Of a DNA stretch of 41,547 nucleotides, positions 1 to 10,073 are shown one piece after another. Where the stretch lies: positions 1 through 41,547 of IMG/VR virus record IMGVR_UViG_3300027798_000087; one strand, 5' to 3'. The notes under the pieces were generated by a model that saw only the letters and a program-made list of their open reading frames with translations, searched no databases and was not told the DNA's origin. The first letter of the stretch is position 1, and each line of letters starts with the position of its first letter. Source of the DNA: a virus (lineage: Duplodnaviria > Caudoviricetes). The position numbers were made by a program, and so were the translations under genes.

Positions 1-1
1 T

Positions 2-268
2 GCATTATGGGAACCATTTACTAAATACTTATTTGAAGAAGTGTTAGCAACAACAGGTGTACCAGTCATATTCCTAGGTAAAGATGCAGCTAAGTATCAA
101 AAATATGCACCACCATTTAGCTATTCATTCACAGTAAGTCATCCTGCTAGTGCTAGCTATAAGAATTCACAATGGGACACTGAAGGAGTGTTTGGTAAGG
201 TGAATAAGATTCTAAAAGATAACAACAATTATGAAATCCAATGGTTGCAAGAGTTTGCACCATTCTAA
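2..268 (+). CDS. ung: Uracil-DNA glycosylase family 1, C-terminal part (5'-truncated by the window)
   Basis: Frame is open from position 2 (ALWEPFTKYLF...). VIFLGKDA, SHPAS and terminal IQW match the UNG motifs WE.FT, F.LWG..A, HPSP and I.W. Confidence 0.75.
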   Translation, partial: ALWEPFTKYLFEEVLATTGVPVIFLGKDAAKYQKYAPPFSYSFTVSHPASASYKNSQWDTEGVFGKVNKILKDNNNYEIQWLQEFAPF

Positions 269-280
269 AAACACACAATT

Positions 281-640
281 ATGTACAATGTAACAGTGGG
301 TGGAAACATCCAAAAAGGCGATTTAATAGCAGTGGCTAATAGTAATGACTTCAGGATTGGTATTTATTTTGGAAGAGGTGTAGGTGGTACAGTTCAATAC
401 TATCATCCTTCAGTTGCTCCATATGCTAAACAATCATATGAAAGTAGATTACTAGTTCATGGTCTTGAACAAGTGGGACCATTTAAAATTGGTCTTATAT
501 ATAAAGATTATGTTAATACACCAAGAGATACAAGAATCATGAAATTAAACAGAGACAACATTACAGACCAAAAAATGGTAGAAGACCTAGAAAAATCAAA
601 AGAAATATTAAAACAATTTAACATAGACGTAAACTACTAA
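281..640 (+). CDS. Hypothetical phage protein
   Basis: 119-aa ORF with ATG start, A-rich leader and tight operon packing. Confidence 0.7.
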   Translation: MYNVTVGGNIQKGDLIAVANSNDFRIGIYFGRGVGGTVQYYHPSVAPYAKQSYESRLLVHGLEQVGPFKIGLIYKDYVNTPRDTRIMKLNRDNITDQKMVEDLEKSKEILKQFNIDVNY

Positions 641-642
641 TT

Positions 643-2997
643 ATGATTTTAGAAAAACAAACAGAAGCCCACATTCTTGAGGAAGGACAATCTCAAGAAA
701 CAACTAAAATGTCACTAGACTTAGATTCTGCACAAGTCCTTATGCAGATGTTAAGTAAGAATCTGTATTCAGATGCTATAGGCTCTACTATCCGTGAATG
801 TGCATCTAATGCATTGGATAGTCATAGAAGAGCTGGATGTGACAAGCCAATTGTAGTTTCATTCAAAAGAAACACAAAGGCTGATATATATGAATTTGCT
901 GTTGAGGATTTTGGTATTGGTTTGGATGCAGATGATGTAGTTAATATCATCAGTAAGTATGGTAAATCAACCAAGCGTAACAGCAATACAGAATTAGGTA
1001 TGATGGGATTGGGCTTTAAAGCTCCATTAGCCTATAGTTCTAGTTTCTATTTCGTATGTAGAAAAGACGGAATAGAAAGAAAATATATGATGTATGAAGG
1101 AGAAGATACAAATAGTATCGATTTATTGTATGAAACACCTACAACAGAATGTAATGGTGTTAAGGTGATTGTTCCTGTCCCTTATGGTGATAGATATAAC
1201 TTTGCTAACAAGACTAAAGAGCAATTGGCTTATTTTGAGAGTGTATATTTTGATTTTGATTCTTCAATAGGAGGAACAGTAAATAATGATTTCACAATAT
1301 ATAGATCAGAACACTTTCAATTCTCTGGATTATCTACAAACAACTACATGCATTTATGTTTAGATAATGTATCTTACCCAATTGACTGGGATAAGTTAGG
1401 GATTAGCAGAATTGGTATTCCAATTGCATTAAGATTTAGTCTTAGTGATGGCTTATTTCCTACACCAAACAGAGAAGCTTTAAGATATACACAGGAAGCT
1501 AAACAAACTATTCTTAATAAGCTTAAGGAAGTTGCTAATGTTTATATGGATAAGTTCAATGAAACAATTAAAGACTCTGATGATGTACAAGCTGTTTTAA
1601 ACTTTTATTCTGAAAGAAATAGATCTATTCCTGATTTTGTTGGTGGTCGTGGTACAATTTATATAGATGAGTTGTTAAAACATGCAACTACACCAATGGC
1701 AAAAGCTAAGATAACTGGTATAGAGAAACTAGATCTTGAACGAGTTGCCGATAACCTTAAAGCATATATGCTAGGTGAGTATCATCTTAAATATAGATAT
1801 TCTAATGGTAGATTCATTGATGCTAAGAATTATTACAGCACTGTACTTCACATTAACGATCTTCAGAAAGATAGATATGGTTATGGAGATGTATATGTAT
1901 TTACTGAAACATTAACTGTCCAAAAGAAAAACTATTTAAGAAGTCTTTTAGGAGAGGGGCATGCAACACACAAGTTTGTTAAACCTATTGCTAAATTTAC
2001 ATTAGGAACAAAACAAACTGATTATAGTACATATCGCTCAATGTTAGCTTTAGATAAGTATCCAGTTAATGAATGGAGACAGCTCATTACAGAATATAAG
2101 CAACTTATTAAGCTTTTAACAAATACATTTATTGATGCAGATGCTATTGAGGTGCCTGAAACATGGATTGCTGAACAAAAAGCAAAACGTATTAAGGTGG
2201 CTCAAGTGAATATAGCTTCTGGAACTAAGAGAGTTAGACTTGCAGGTGAGCTATCTGCAAAGATTGCTACAGATCTTCAAGTTTATCTAAGGGGTCAAAG
2301 CTGTAAGTTTGTTCCTAAGGTGTTTCAAATGAATAAGTTACATCAATGTACAAAGCTAATGGTTTATGGTACAGAAGAACAACGTAAGGAATTAGATGAA
2401 TTATATCTAATCTTTAAGAAACATGTATCATTTGCTGTTGTAGCAAAGGCATCATTTGAAAACTTAGAGAAAGCTAAATTACATAACTGGATAAACTTAA
2501 ATAAATTTATGGAAGGTAAAAACAAACCATTTGCAAGAATGGCTACAGTATTAATGATTAATAGATTTATAAGTGACTATAGCGAAGTGTTTGGTAAGTC
2601 AGCAAGAATTAGCTTAGTTTCTAAAGATCTTGGACAAAAAGTAGAGAATCTAATCACTTTTACTCGTAATAATAGAGGTGCTGGATCTTCTAATAGAGAG
2701 GATATCATTATTGATTTTGCTATTGCAAATAAGATAGTTGATATGGAAATATATCCAACCTATTTAGAAGTTAAAGCTGTATTTTCTAAACTTCCTTTCC
2801 TTAAACCACTGTTCAACAACATCCCAAGCTATATAAGCAAAAGCAATGAAGGATTAACTCCTATGCTTGCTGACTTATTTAAGTATTATAAGCAAAAGGT
2901 TAATCTTGAACATTACAAATTTCCAGTGATGAATGAAGATTTGCCTCTGGAAGAAGTGCTGACAGAAGAAGTAGTTAATGACTTACAAATAATATAG
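643..2997 (+). CDS. rIIA: RIIA-like protein with N-terminal GHKL/HATPase domain
   Basis: LYSD...IRECASNALDSH, DFGIGL, GKSTK and GMMGLGFKAPLAYS motifs; lies upstream of an rIIB-like gene. Confidence 0.85.
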   Translation: MILEKQTEAHILEEGQSQETTKMSLDLDSAQVLMQMLSKNLYSDAIGSTIRECASNALDSHRRAGCDKPIVVSFKRNTKADIYEFAVEDFGIGLDADDVVNIISKYGKSTKRNSNTELGMMGLGFKAPLAYSSSFYFVCRKDGIERKYMMYEGEDTNSIDLLYETPTTECNGVKVIVPVPYGDRYNFANKTKEQLAYFESVYFDFDSSIGGTVNNDFTIYRSEHFQFSGLSTNNYMHLCLDNVSYPIDWDKLGISRIGIPIALRFSLSDGLFPTPNREALRYTQEAKQTILNKLKEVANVYMDKFNETIKDSDDVQAVLNFYSERNRSIPDFVGGRGTIYIDELLKHATTPMAKAKITGIEKLDLERVADNLKAYMLGEYHLKYRYSNGRFIDAKNYYSTVLHINDLQKDRYGYGDVYVFTETLTVQKKNYLRSLLGEGHATHKFVKPIAKFTLGTKQTDYSTYRSMLALDKYPVNEWRQLITEYKQLIKLLTNTFIDADAIEVPETWIAEQKAKRIKVAQVNIASGTKRVRLAGELSAKIATDLQVYLRGQSCKFVPKVFQMNKLHQCTKLMVYGTEEQRKELDELYLIFKKHVSFAVVAKASFENLEKAKLHNWINLNKFMEGKNKPFARMATVLMINRFISDYSEVFGKSARISLVSKDLGQKVENLITFTRNNRGAGSSNREDIIIDFAIANKIVDMEIYPTYLEVKAVFSKLPFLKPLFNNIPSYISKSNEGLTPMLADLFKYYKQKVNLEHYKFPVMNEDLPLEEVLTEEVVNDLQII

Positions 2998-2998
2998 T

Positions 2999-3238
2999 AT
3001 GACAAAACAAAGCAAGCATGATCTCCTAATGGAGGTCATGTATGCAATGTTCAAAGATAGAACATTGCCACATATTGATATGGAAGATTATGAGTGCATG
3101 TGGAAAGCACTCATAAACAAATGGGAAATAGACATTCTTGATGAGACTTTTGCTAAATTCATAGAAGATGTGAATTGCAGAGCCTCTGATAACTACAGCT
3201 ATTTCAGTATGCTATTTAGAATATATTTTAACAATTAA
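2999..3238 (+). CDS. Hypothetical protein
   Basis: 79-aa ORF packed between rIIA and rIIB. Confidence 0.6.
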   Translation: MTKQSKHDLLMEVMYAMFKDRTLPHIDMEDYECMWKALINKWEIDILDETFAKFIEDVNCRASDNYSYFSMLFRIYFNN

Positions 3239-3250
3239 AAACAAAACACA

Positions 3251-4822
3251 ATGGGATTATTTAGCCTAAGCTGGTTCAAGAGCCAGAAACAAAAACAATT
3301 AGAAGACTTAAAATTAGAGTTGGAAATTGTAAAAACACAAAGTTATATTAATGATTATGAATCTGATATGATTCAAGGACCTCAAGAACCTGTACAGAGT
3401 TATTCAGATCAATTAATTGATATAATGAATGCAGATAGAGCGTCTAAACCATATATGAACATCAAGATGGTGAATGATACATTAACTATTGTATTAAACG
3501 ATGGTTCTATCCTAACTAAGTCTGGTGCAACAGCAGAACATTTCAATGAAGCAAGAGACTGCAGAACAGAGTCTTGTTTAATGAGAATTGTTAGTTCTCC
3601 AGAGATGGTAAAAGACAGAGAAGTTAAAGAAGCTCAGTTTGCAAAAGCTAAAGCTATTCAAACAGGAGCTGAATATCTATCTACCCTTGCAGACTTTGAG
3701 ATGAAAGATGGTTCTTTGTATTTGAAAGGAATCAATAGAAGTTTACCTGCCCTTATGGTAGAAGAATTCTTAGAGATTATTGGTTCTTTGAATTTTATTC
3801 ACGGATTATCTTCTGAAGAAATAGCTGAGGTTATGGAAGAAGATGATGAGTATCAAGGTCTTAAGAGATTCTTTATGTGGTGTTGTTTGAATCCTAGAGC
3901 TGAAGTTGCTGATAAGCTATTTGTATTCTTAAAGAAGAATAGCTTCAGAATCACTAAGCAAGGATTCTTTGTAGCATTGCGTAATGTGGTTACACTTCAT
4001 GGATCTACAGAATTAGTACACTTTGTAAGTAATGCATATAATAAGGTGAAAGCTGTATGGAAGAAGAAACCAGATGATTATTTAGTATTCTTAAAGGATG
4101 GTGAATACAAAATGGTTGCTAAATCTATATTTGAAGAACTAGAGCCATGTACAAATTGTGATGGTTCAGGATATGTTCCTTCTGATGAAGATGAAGAAGG
4201 ATTTGAAGATAGTGACGAATGCTATGAGTGTTCTGGTTCAGGTACAATCTATAAACATGATGAGTCTGAATATGGTGAAGAGATTGGTAACTTAACTGAG
4301 TTATATCTTGATCTTCCTAATAGAGCAGAGAATAGATTTACAGATGCTCATACAAAAACATTTGACATCAGAATTGGTAGACCAGTGAATATGCCTATGG
4401 ATAAATGCAGATGGAACACTGATGATTGTGGTGCTGAAGGTTTACATTTTACTAGTGATGAGATTCATTATGTAGGATGTGGAGATACGTCAGTTATCGT
4501 ACTTATCAATCCAATGAAAGTTGTAGGTATTGGTGAGTCAAAAGGTAGATGTTATGAGTATTTACCAATTATGACTGTAGCTCGTGAAGAAGCCACTGAG
4601 ATATTACACGATGTTGATTTTGATACATTGGAGTTAGATGAGTCTTATGCTATACGTGAATTACAAGATCTTGCTACAAAAGCTAGAGATGGTTTCATTG
4701 CAGAGAATAAGAAATATGATTTCAATTTACCAGCATTATCAGCTGCAGAAATGTACAATATTGTACGTTCTTTGGATGAAATGAAGCATGAAATTTCTAA
4801 AAGAATCGTGACTTTAGATTAA
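3251..4822 (+). CDS. rIIB: RIIB-like protein with an internal CxxCxGxG zinc finger
   Basis: LF.FL...ITKQGFFVALR, CGAEGLHF, INPMKVV and KGRCYEY resemble the RIIB core; follows rIIA. Confidence 0.75.
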   Translation: MGLFSLSWFKSQKQKQLEDLKLELEIVKTQSYINDYESDMIQGPQEPVQSYSDQLIDIMNADRASKPYMNIKMVNDTLTIVLNDGSILTKSGATAEHFNEARDCRTESCLMRIVSSPEMVKDREVKEAQFAKAKAIQTGAEYLSTLADFEMKDGSLYLKGINRSLPALMVEEFLEIIGSLNFIHGLSSEEIAEVMEEDDEYQGLKRFFMWCCLNPRAEVADKLFVFLKKNSFRITKQGFFVALRNVVTLHGSTELVHFVSNAYNKVKAVWKKKPDDYLVFLKDGEYKMVAKSIFEELEPCTNCDGSGYVPSDEDEEGFEDSDECYECSGSGTIYKHDESEYGEEIGNLTELYLDLPNRAENRFTDAHTKTFDIRIGRPVNMPMDKCRWNTDDCGAEGLHFTSDEIHYVGCGDTSVIVLINPMKVVGIGESKGRCYEYLPIMTVAREEATEILHDVDFDTLELDESYAIRELQDLATKARDGFIAENKKYDFNLPALSAAEMYNIVRSLDEMKHEISKRIVTLD

Positions 4823-4827
4823 CTTTG
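4820..4827 (+). promoter_or_regulatory. Possible Bacteroidota -7 promoter element (TAACTTTG)
   Basis: Matches TAnnTTTG, but there is no clear TTG at -33. Confidence 0.35.
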
Positions 4828-4828
4828 T

Positions 4829-4859
4829 AAGCCCAGGGGTAACTCCCTGGGTTTATTTT
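4829..4859 (+). terminator. Intrinsic terminator after rIIB
   Basis: AAGCCCAGGG-GTAACT-CCCTGGGTTT hairpin followed by a T-rich tail. Confidence 0.75.
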
Positions 4860-4870
4860 AAATTAAAATT

Positions 4871-5290
4871 ATGATTAAGAAAAAAAGGACAGCGAAGCAA
4901 AGAGCTACTAAAGCAATAAAAGCTCCTAAAATTAGAAATGCAGGCACAATGACTGAGTCAGGATTCTGGTCATTTATAAGAAGCGGTCTTAGACAAAAGA
5001 GCAGATGGTGGAAACCAATTACAGAATGTAAACTCAAAGCTAAACGACCTTATAAAGGACCAAACAAGAGACAAAAGTTTGAGTACAAATGCAACATTTG
5101 TAAAGAGTGGTTTGCAGAAAAGAATATTAACGTAGATCATATTGTAGGAGCTGGTAGTTTAAACTGTGGAGCAGATCTAGATGGGTTTGTTAACCGATTG
5201 TTTTGTGAAGCAGATAACTTACAAGTTCTTTGCACCGTGTGCCACAATGAAAAAACAAAATTAGAGAAAAATGATAAAAGTAGAGATTAA
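4871..5290 (+). CDS. HNH endonuclease
   Basis: CNIC...NVDHIV...NLQVLCTVCHNEKT. Confidence 0.85.
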   Translation: MIKKKRTAKQRATKAIKAPKIRNAGTMTESGFWSFIRSGLRQKSRWWKPITECKLKAKRPYKGPNKRQKFEYKCNICKEWFAEKNINVDHIVGAGSLNCGADLDGFVNRLFCEADNLQVLCTVCHNEKTKLEKNDKSRD

Positions 5291-5534
5291 CAGAGCTCCA
5301 TCATTTACAGAAATCTGGCATGAAGGATCTGTAACAATGAAAGATGTACAATACATGTTCTGGCTTATCAATCCAACAGGAAAAGATGAGCAAGGACGTG
5401 AGTATGAAATGGAGATTAGATGGTGGTTTAAACAAGTGCCAATGGAGATTAGATCAATGAGTGAACAAATTATTAAAGACTTTAAAGAAAAACAACATGA
5501 TACAGGGACCAACGAAAACAGAAGCTCAATATAG
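5271..5534 (+). CDS. Hypothetical protein
   Basis: 87-aa ORF overlapping both neighbours in typical phage packing. Confidence 0.65.
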   Translation: MIKVEINRAPSFTEIWHEGSVTMKDVQYMFWLINPTGKDEQGREYEMEIRWWFKQVPMEIRSMSEQIIKDFKEKQHDTGTNENRSSI

Positions 5535-6540
5535 AGCAGTGAAGATGGATAGCTCTTCCAGTTTAAAAGAGTTCTCAACCAATCGTAAGAAGTATCATAA
5601 AAGATATATCCTTAATGAGAAGGTGGAAGAAGAAGATAATAAAGCAGCAACTACAGGACGTGTGGTAGAAACATTGTTATTAGAACCAGATGAGTTCGAT
5701 AACAGATTCCACATGTCTATAGTTAATAGTGCTCCAACAGCAATGATGCTAGAGTTTGTAGAAGCTTTGTATAAACATACAGCTGCAGCTACAAATGAAG
5801 ATGGTATAGTTACTAGAGGGTTTGAAGAGTTAACTAAAGATGCTCACGCTGATTCAGGATTTAAAATTAAATTAGAGGCTGTCCTTGGTAAATTCATAGG
5901 AACAGACGCAGAAATCTATTTTAAGGAAATCCTTGAGGTTAGAAGAAAAGGTCTTACAGTTGTAACATTACAAGATGTAGACAATGCTACTAAGATTGTA
6001 ACTGAGCTTAGAAGTAATTCAATCACTGCAGAGATAGTTAACTTAGTTAACAGTGCACGCTATGAAGTGCTGAATCAAATACAGATTGAAGGATATGATG
6101 TGTTTAATCACAAGTTTAAGTCTATGATGGATAAAGTTGTTGTAGATCATACAGCAAAGACAATTCAAGTTTATGATTTGAAATGCACTTGGTCCGTAGA
6201 AAACTTCTATGAAGAGTATTATCTATATCGTAGGTCTTATATACAAGCATATTTATATTGGCATGGTGCTAAACATCAGTTTGCTGAATTATTAGCAGAT
6301 GGTTATAATGTACTTCTTCCTATATTCATTGTTTGTGATAGCACAAACTATAGTAGTCCATTGTTATATCAAATGACTGTAGATAGTATGACTGCTGCAG
6401 TTGATGGATTTGAGCACAAAGGACGTAATTATCCAGGTGTAGAATCTATTATCAATGACTTGATTTGGGCTGTTGAGAATGATACATGGAACATATCAAG
6501 AGAGAATTATTTAAATAATGGTGTAGTAAACTTAGCATAA
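5497..6540 (+). CDS. PD-(D/E)XK exonuclease, RecE/exonuclease VIII-like
   Basis: SSSSLK, KSMMDK, YDLKCT and Y..QAYLY motifs. Start moved to the in-frame ATG at 5497. Confidence 0.75.
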   Translation: MIQGPTKTEAQYRAVKMDSSSSLKEFSTNRKKYHKRYILNEKVEEEDNKAATTGRVVETLLLEPDEFDNRFHMSIVNSAPTAMMLEFVEALYKHTAAATNEDGIVTRGFEELTKDAHADSGFKIKLEAVLGKFIGTDAEIYFKEILEVRRKGLTVVTLQDVDNATKIVTELRSNSITAEIVNLVNSARYEVLNQIQIEGYDVFNHKFKSMMDKVVVDHTAKTIQVYDLKCTWSVENFYEEYYLYRRSYIQAYLYWHGAKHQFAELLADGYNVLLPIFIVCDSTNYSSPLLYQMTVDSMTAAVDGFEHKGRNYPGVESIINDLIWAVENDTWNISRENYLNNGVVNLA

Positions 6541-7095
6541 ATGAAATTACAAAAAACTATTACATCTATTTTCATTGTTCCAACTCTTAGTATTGCAAGA
6601 GAAAAATTGGCAGATAATGGATATATTAATGGATATATTAAAGATGGTATGAGAGATATACAGTATAAAAATGCTGTATATCTTCTCTTTAAACCAGAAA
6701 ATTTAGATAAATTCAAAGAGTTTTTAGATGAGGAATATGAACGTACAAAGTCTATAATTGATGATTATGATTATGAAGATGGATACGTTGTATTAGTTTA
6801 CAAATTAAACACCATATATCAAAAAGACTTTAAATTGGTCAAACAAGGTAAATATTCTAAAACATCTAAACAGTTTCAGGAACTATTTCCAAAAACAATG
6901 AGAGTTTATATAAGTACAAATACATTTGAGACTAAACTAACTCTTCAGTATCGTATATTTAACAAAACAGAAGACTTAAAAGAATTTTGGGAAGAGAAAA
7001 TTGATATGAAATTAGATGAAGATAGTGAAGTTTGGACAATGTTTGTAGAAGATAAAGAAATTTTAAACTTAGAAAAAATTAAAGAACATGTATAA
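6541..7095 (+). CDS. Hypothetical phage protein
   Basis: 184-aa ORF abutting the exonuclease stop codon. Confidence 0.75.
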   Translation: MKLQKTITSIFIVPTLSIAREKLADNGYINGYIKDGMRDIQYKNAVYLLFKPENLDKFKEFLDEEYERTKSIIDDYDYEDGYVVLVYKLNTIYQKDFKLVKQGKYSKTSKQFQELFPKTMRVYISTNTFETKLTLQYRIFNKTEDLKEFWEEKIDMKLDEDSEVWTMFVEDKEILNLEKIKEHV

Positions 7096-7312
7096 CAAAG
7101 ACATACTAGACGAACTAGTAAGACAATTTGGTGAAGAAAAAACTATCATCTTTTGTAAAATGGAATCAGTTAAGAACGAATTGATTTTTAATGAGTTAGA
7201 AGCTAATTCATATAATGATTTAGATGAACACAGTTTTGAAAGAGACTGGTGGAAGACTCATGGTGATATATTACAGGTAACTAGAGTGGCAAAACTTTTA
7301 AACAAAAAATAA
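7088..7312 (+). CDS. Hypothetical protein
   Basis: 74-aa ORF with overlapping start/stop coupling. Confidence 0.65.
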   Translation: MYNKDILDELVRQFGEEKTIIFCKMESVKNELIFNELEANSYNDLDEHSFERDWWKTHGDILQVTRVAKLLNKK

Positions 7313-7695
7313 TGACAGGAAAAGAATTATTAGAAGCCTATCCAAAGGCTGCTGAAACAGTGATTAAGTTTTACTCAGATCAATTCATTAAATCTATAGA
7401 AGCAGGTGATGTTTCTGATGAAATTAAAGAATATGCTAAAGGACAAACAATTGATGCTGAATACATTGGAACATTTATAGAAATAAACCCTAGAGGTTTA
7501 TTTGATGTATTTGATGAGAATAAGATATATATTCAAACAACTGTAGAATTACAGCCATATGTTGAACCAAGGTTTAATTATTCTGTATCTGGGGCAGTGG
7601 CTAGTACTGGTTCAACTATCAGTTTTGGTAGTAGGATAGAAGCTGAGAAACAAGCTATTGAAACAGCATTTCAAATTTTAAATGATAACTTATGA
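7312..7695 (+). CDS. Hypothetical protein
   Basis: 127-aa ORF with TAATG coupling. Confidence 0.7.
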   Translation: MTGKELLEAYPKAAETVIKFYSDQFIKSIEAGDVSDEIKEYAKGQTIDAEYIGTFIEINPRGLFDVFDENKIYIQTTVELQPYVEPRFNYSVSGAVASTGSTISFGSRIEAEKQAIETAFQILNDNL

Positions 7696-7943
7696 GTGAT
7701 CAAATAGTATTAGAAGTTATTGAGAAATATGCTAAGCGTAGTGAGGTGGGGATTGCTAAATATGGCACCACACTAGAAACTAACAATAAGGATAATTATC
7801 TAAAACATCTCCAGGAAGAACTAATGGACGCAACTCTTTATCTACAGAAGTTAATAGCTCAGAATAAAGAAATAACCAGTTTGGTTAGTAATCATCCAAA
7901 CGATGCAGAACTTGGTTACAAAATAAGAGATTTGATTAGATAA
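7692..7943 (+). CDS. Small all-alpha NTP pyrophosphohydrolase-like (MazG superfamily) protein
   Basis: GIAKYG...HLQEELMDATLY contains an EExxD motif; directly upstream of the RNR gene. Confidence 0.5.
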   Translation: MSDQIVLEVIEKYAKRSEVGIAKYGTTLETNNKDNYLKHLQEELMDATLYLQKLIAQNKEITSLVSNHPNDAELGYKIRDLIR

Positions 7944-7958
7944 TATTTTAAAAACCTC

Positions 7959-7989
7959 TTGGTTTCTAATTTGAAGGGTTGTATATTCG
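7959..7989 (+). promoter_or_regulatory. Bacteroidota-type promoter for nrdJ
   Basis: TTG at 7959-7961, 20-nt spacer, TATATTCG at 7982-7989 (one mismatch to TAnnTTTG). Confidence 0.6.
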
Positions 7990-8004
7990 CAACCCTTCAT
8001 TTTT
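7972..8004 (+). terminator. Intrinsic terminator overlapping the nrdJ promoter
   Basis: Perfect 10-bp stem TGAAGGGTTG/CAACCCTTCA, 8-nt loop, then TTTTT. Confidence 0.65.
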
Positions 8005-8027
8005 AACCAATAAAACACAATAAAACA

Positions 8028-9923
8028 ATGGATTTAGGACTAGAAGCTCTATCGAGCATAACCGTTTTTAGTAAGTATGCTAAATACATACCCACACTAA
8101 AGAGAAGAGAGACATGGGATGAGATAGTTGATAGATATCAAGCTATGATGATTAAGAAATATCCTAAATTAGAACAAGCAATTGTAGAAAGTGCTGTATT
8201 CATCAGAGAAAAGAAAGTGTTACCATCTATGAGAGCTTTGCAGTTTGCAGGAGCAGCTATGGAAGTGAATAATGCAAGAGGATATAACTGTGCTTACCTA
8301 CCTGTAGACAGCTTGTATAGCTTTAGTGAGACAATGTTCTTGTTATTAGGAGGATCTGGTGTAGGATTTTCAGTACAAAAGCATCATGTAGAGCAATTGC
8401 CAGCTATAAAGAAACAAGACAACTATAAACAAAGAACCTACCTTATTGAAGATTCTATTATGGGTTGGGCTGATTCTGTTAAGATGTTAATGAAGTTCTA
8501 TTTTGATGGAGGTCCAAAGCCTAAGTTTGACTTTAGAGCTATCCGTGAGAAAGGGGCTAGATTGGTAACAGCTGGTGGTAAAGCACCTGGACCAGAACCA
8601 TTGAAGATAGCTTTAGCTCATATTGATGCTATCATGGAAAGAAAGGAAGATGGTGAGAAACTATCACCATTAGAATGTCATGATATTATGTGTCATATAG
8701 CTAACTCTGTTCTTGCAGGTGGAATTCGTAGATCAGCAATGATCAGCTTGTTCAGCCATGATGATGAAGAGATGATTACATGTAAATATGGTGATTTTTG
8801 GGAGTTAAATGAACAAAGAGGTAGAAGCAATAACTCTGCAGTGTTAGAAAGAGGAGAAGTTAGTGAAGAAGAGTTTCAAGCTCTATGGAAGAGGATTGAA
8901 GCTTCTGGATCTGGTGAACCAGGAATCTATTGGACTAATAACAAAGATTGGGGAACTAACCCATGTTGTGAAATTGGTTTAAGACCATTCCAGTTTTGTA
9001 ACTTATGTGAAGTGAATGTATCTGATGTAACAGATCAAACAGATCTTAATGATCGTGTAGCAACAGCTGCATTCTTTGGTACATTACAAGCAGGATTTTA
9101 TGATTTCCACTACCTACGTCCTATTTGGTCTAAAACAACCCAAAAAGACGCTTTGTTAGGAATTGGTATGACAGGTATAGGTTCTGGAGAAATCCTTAAA
9201 TACAACCTAGAAATAGCAGCAAACACTGCTAAGGTGACTAATAGTATGATTAGTGCTGTTATAGGAACTAATGAAGCAGCTCGTGTAACTTGTATAAAGC
9301 CTTCAGGAACAACAAGTCTTGTCCTTGGTACAGCTAGTGGAATTCATGCTTGGCATGCTCCATATTATTTAAGAACCATGAGATTTAATAAGAATGAAGA
9401 CATTGCAGCCTATCTAATGATTAATCATCCAGACTTATGTGAAGATGATGTATTACGTCCAAAAGATACAGTGTGTGTTCGTATCCCTGTTAAAGCTCCA
9501 GAAGGATCTATTATGAGAACAGAAACAGCTATTGATACATTAGAGCGTGTTAAGAAGTTTGCAACAGAATGGATTTTACCTGGTCACATTAATGGAGCAA
9601 ATACACATAATGTATCAGCTACAGTTTCTATTGATAAAGATAGAGTGTATGAGTTTAAATCATTTAATTTAAATGAATGGGAAATGGTAGGTGACTGGAT
9701 GTGGGAGAATAGAGATACATACAATGGTTTAAGCGTATTACCATACTTTGGAGGATCTTTTGAAGGTATGCAAGCTCCATTTGAAGACATTACAGAAGAG
9801 CAGTATAATGAGAAACTTTCACACATCACTTCAGTTGATTTAACTAAGGTGATGGAGTTAGATGACACTGTGGATTTTGGACAAGTGGCAGCATGTGCTG
9901 GAGGAGCTTGTGAAATAAATTAG
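8028..9923 (+). CDS. nrdJ: Class II (adenosylcobalamin-dependent) ribonucleotide reductase
   Basis: YNCAY, GGIRRSA, TNPCCEI, TCIKPSGT and C-terminal CAGGAC; no adjacent beta subunit gene. Confidence 0.88.
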   Translation: MDLGLEALSSITVFSKYAKYIPTLKRRETWDEIVDRYQAMMIKKYPKLEQAIVESAVFIREKKVLPSMRALQFAGAAMEVNNARGYNCAYLPVDSLYSFSETMFLLLGGSGVGFSVQKHHVEQLPAIKKQDNYKQRTYLIEDSIMGWADSVKMLMKFYFDGGPKPKFDFRAIREKGARLVTAGGKAPGPEPLKIALAHIDAIMERKEDGEKLSPLECHDIMCHIANSVLAGGIRRSAMISLFSHDDEEMITCKYGDFWELNEQRGRSNNSAVLERGEVSEEEFQALWKRIEASGSGEPGIYWTNNKDWGTNPCCEIGLRPFQFCNLCEVNVSDVTDQTDLNDRVATAAFFGTLQAGFYDFHYLRPIWSKTTQKDALLGIGMTGIGSGEILKYNLEIAANTAKVTNSMISAVIGTNEAARVTCIKPSGTTSLVLGTASGIHAWHAPYYLRTMRFNKNEDIAAYLMINHPDLCEDDVLRPKDTVCVRIPVKAPEGSIMRTETAIDTLERVKKFATEWILPGHINGANTHNVSATVSIDKDRVYEFKSFNLNEWEMVGDWMWENRDTYNGLSVLPYFGGSFEGMQAPFEDITEEQYNEKLSHITSVDLTKVMELDDTVDFGQVAACAGGACEIN

Positions 9924-9977
9924 TAAGTTTGAATAAAACTTTATAATATTGTGTTCGTTTTCTTTTGTCAATTGTGT

Positions 9978-10009
9978 CCCCCTAGGAGTTGTTACCTAGG
10001 GGGTTTTTT
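9978..10009 (+). terminator. Intrinsic terminator after nrdJ
   Basis: CCCCCTAGG-AGTTGTTA-CCTAGGGGG followed by TTTTTT. Confidence 0.9.
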
Positions 10010-10021
10010 ATGCACAATTAC

Positions 10022-10052
10022 TAGGAAAATAGCACCAAAAGACTTATATTTG
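10022..10052 (+). promoter_or_regulatory. Bacteroidota-type promoter for the recA operon
   Basis: TAG at 10022-10024, 20-nt spacer, TATATTTG at 10045-10052; 21 nt upstream of the ATG. Confidence 0.65.
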
Positions 10053-10073
10053 TAGACACAAAAACAATTAAAA

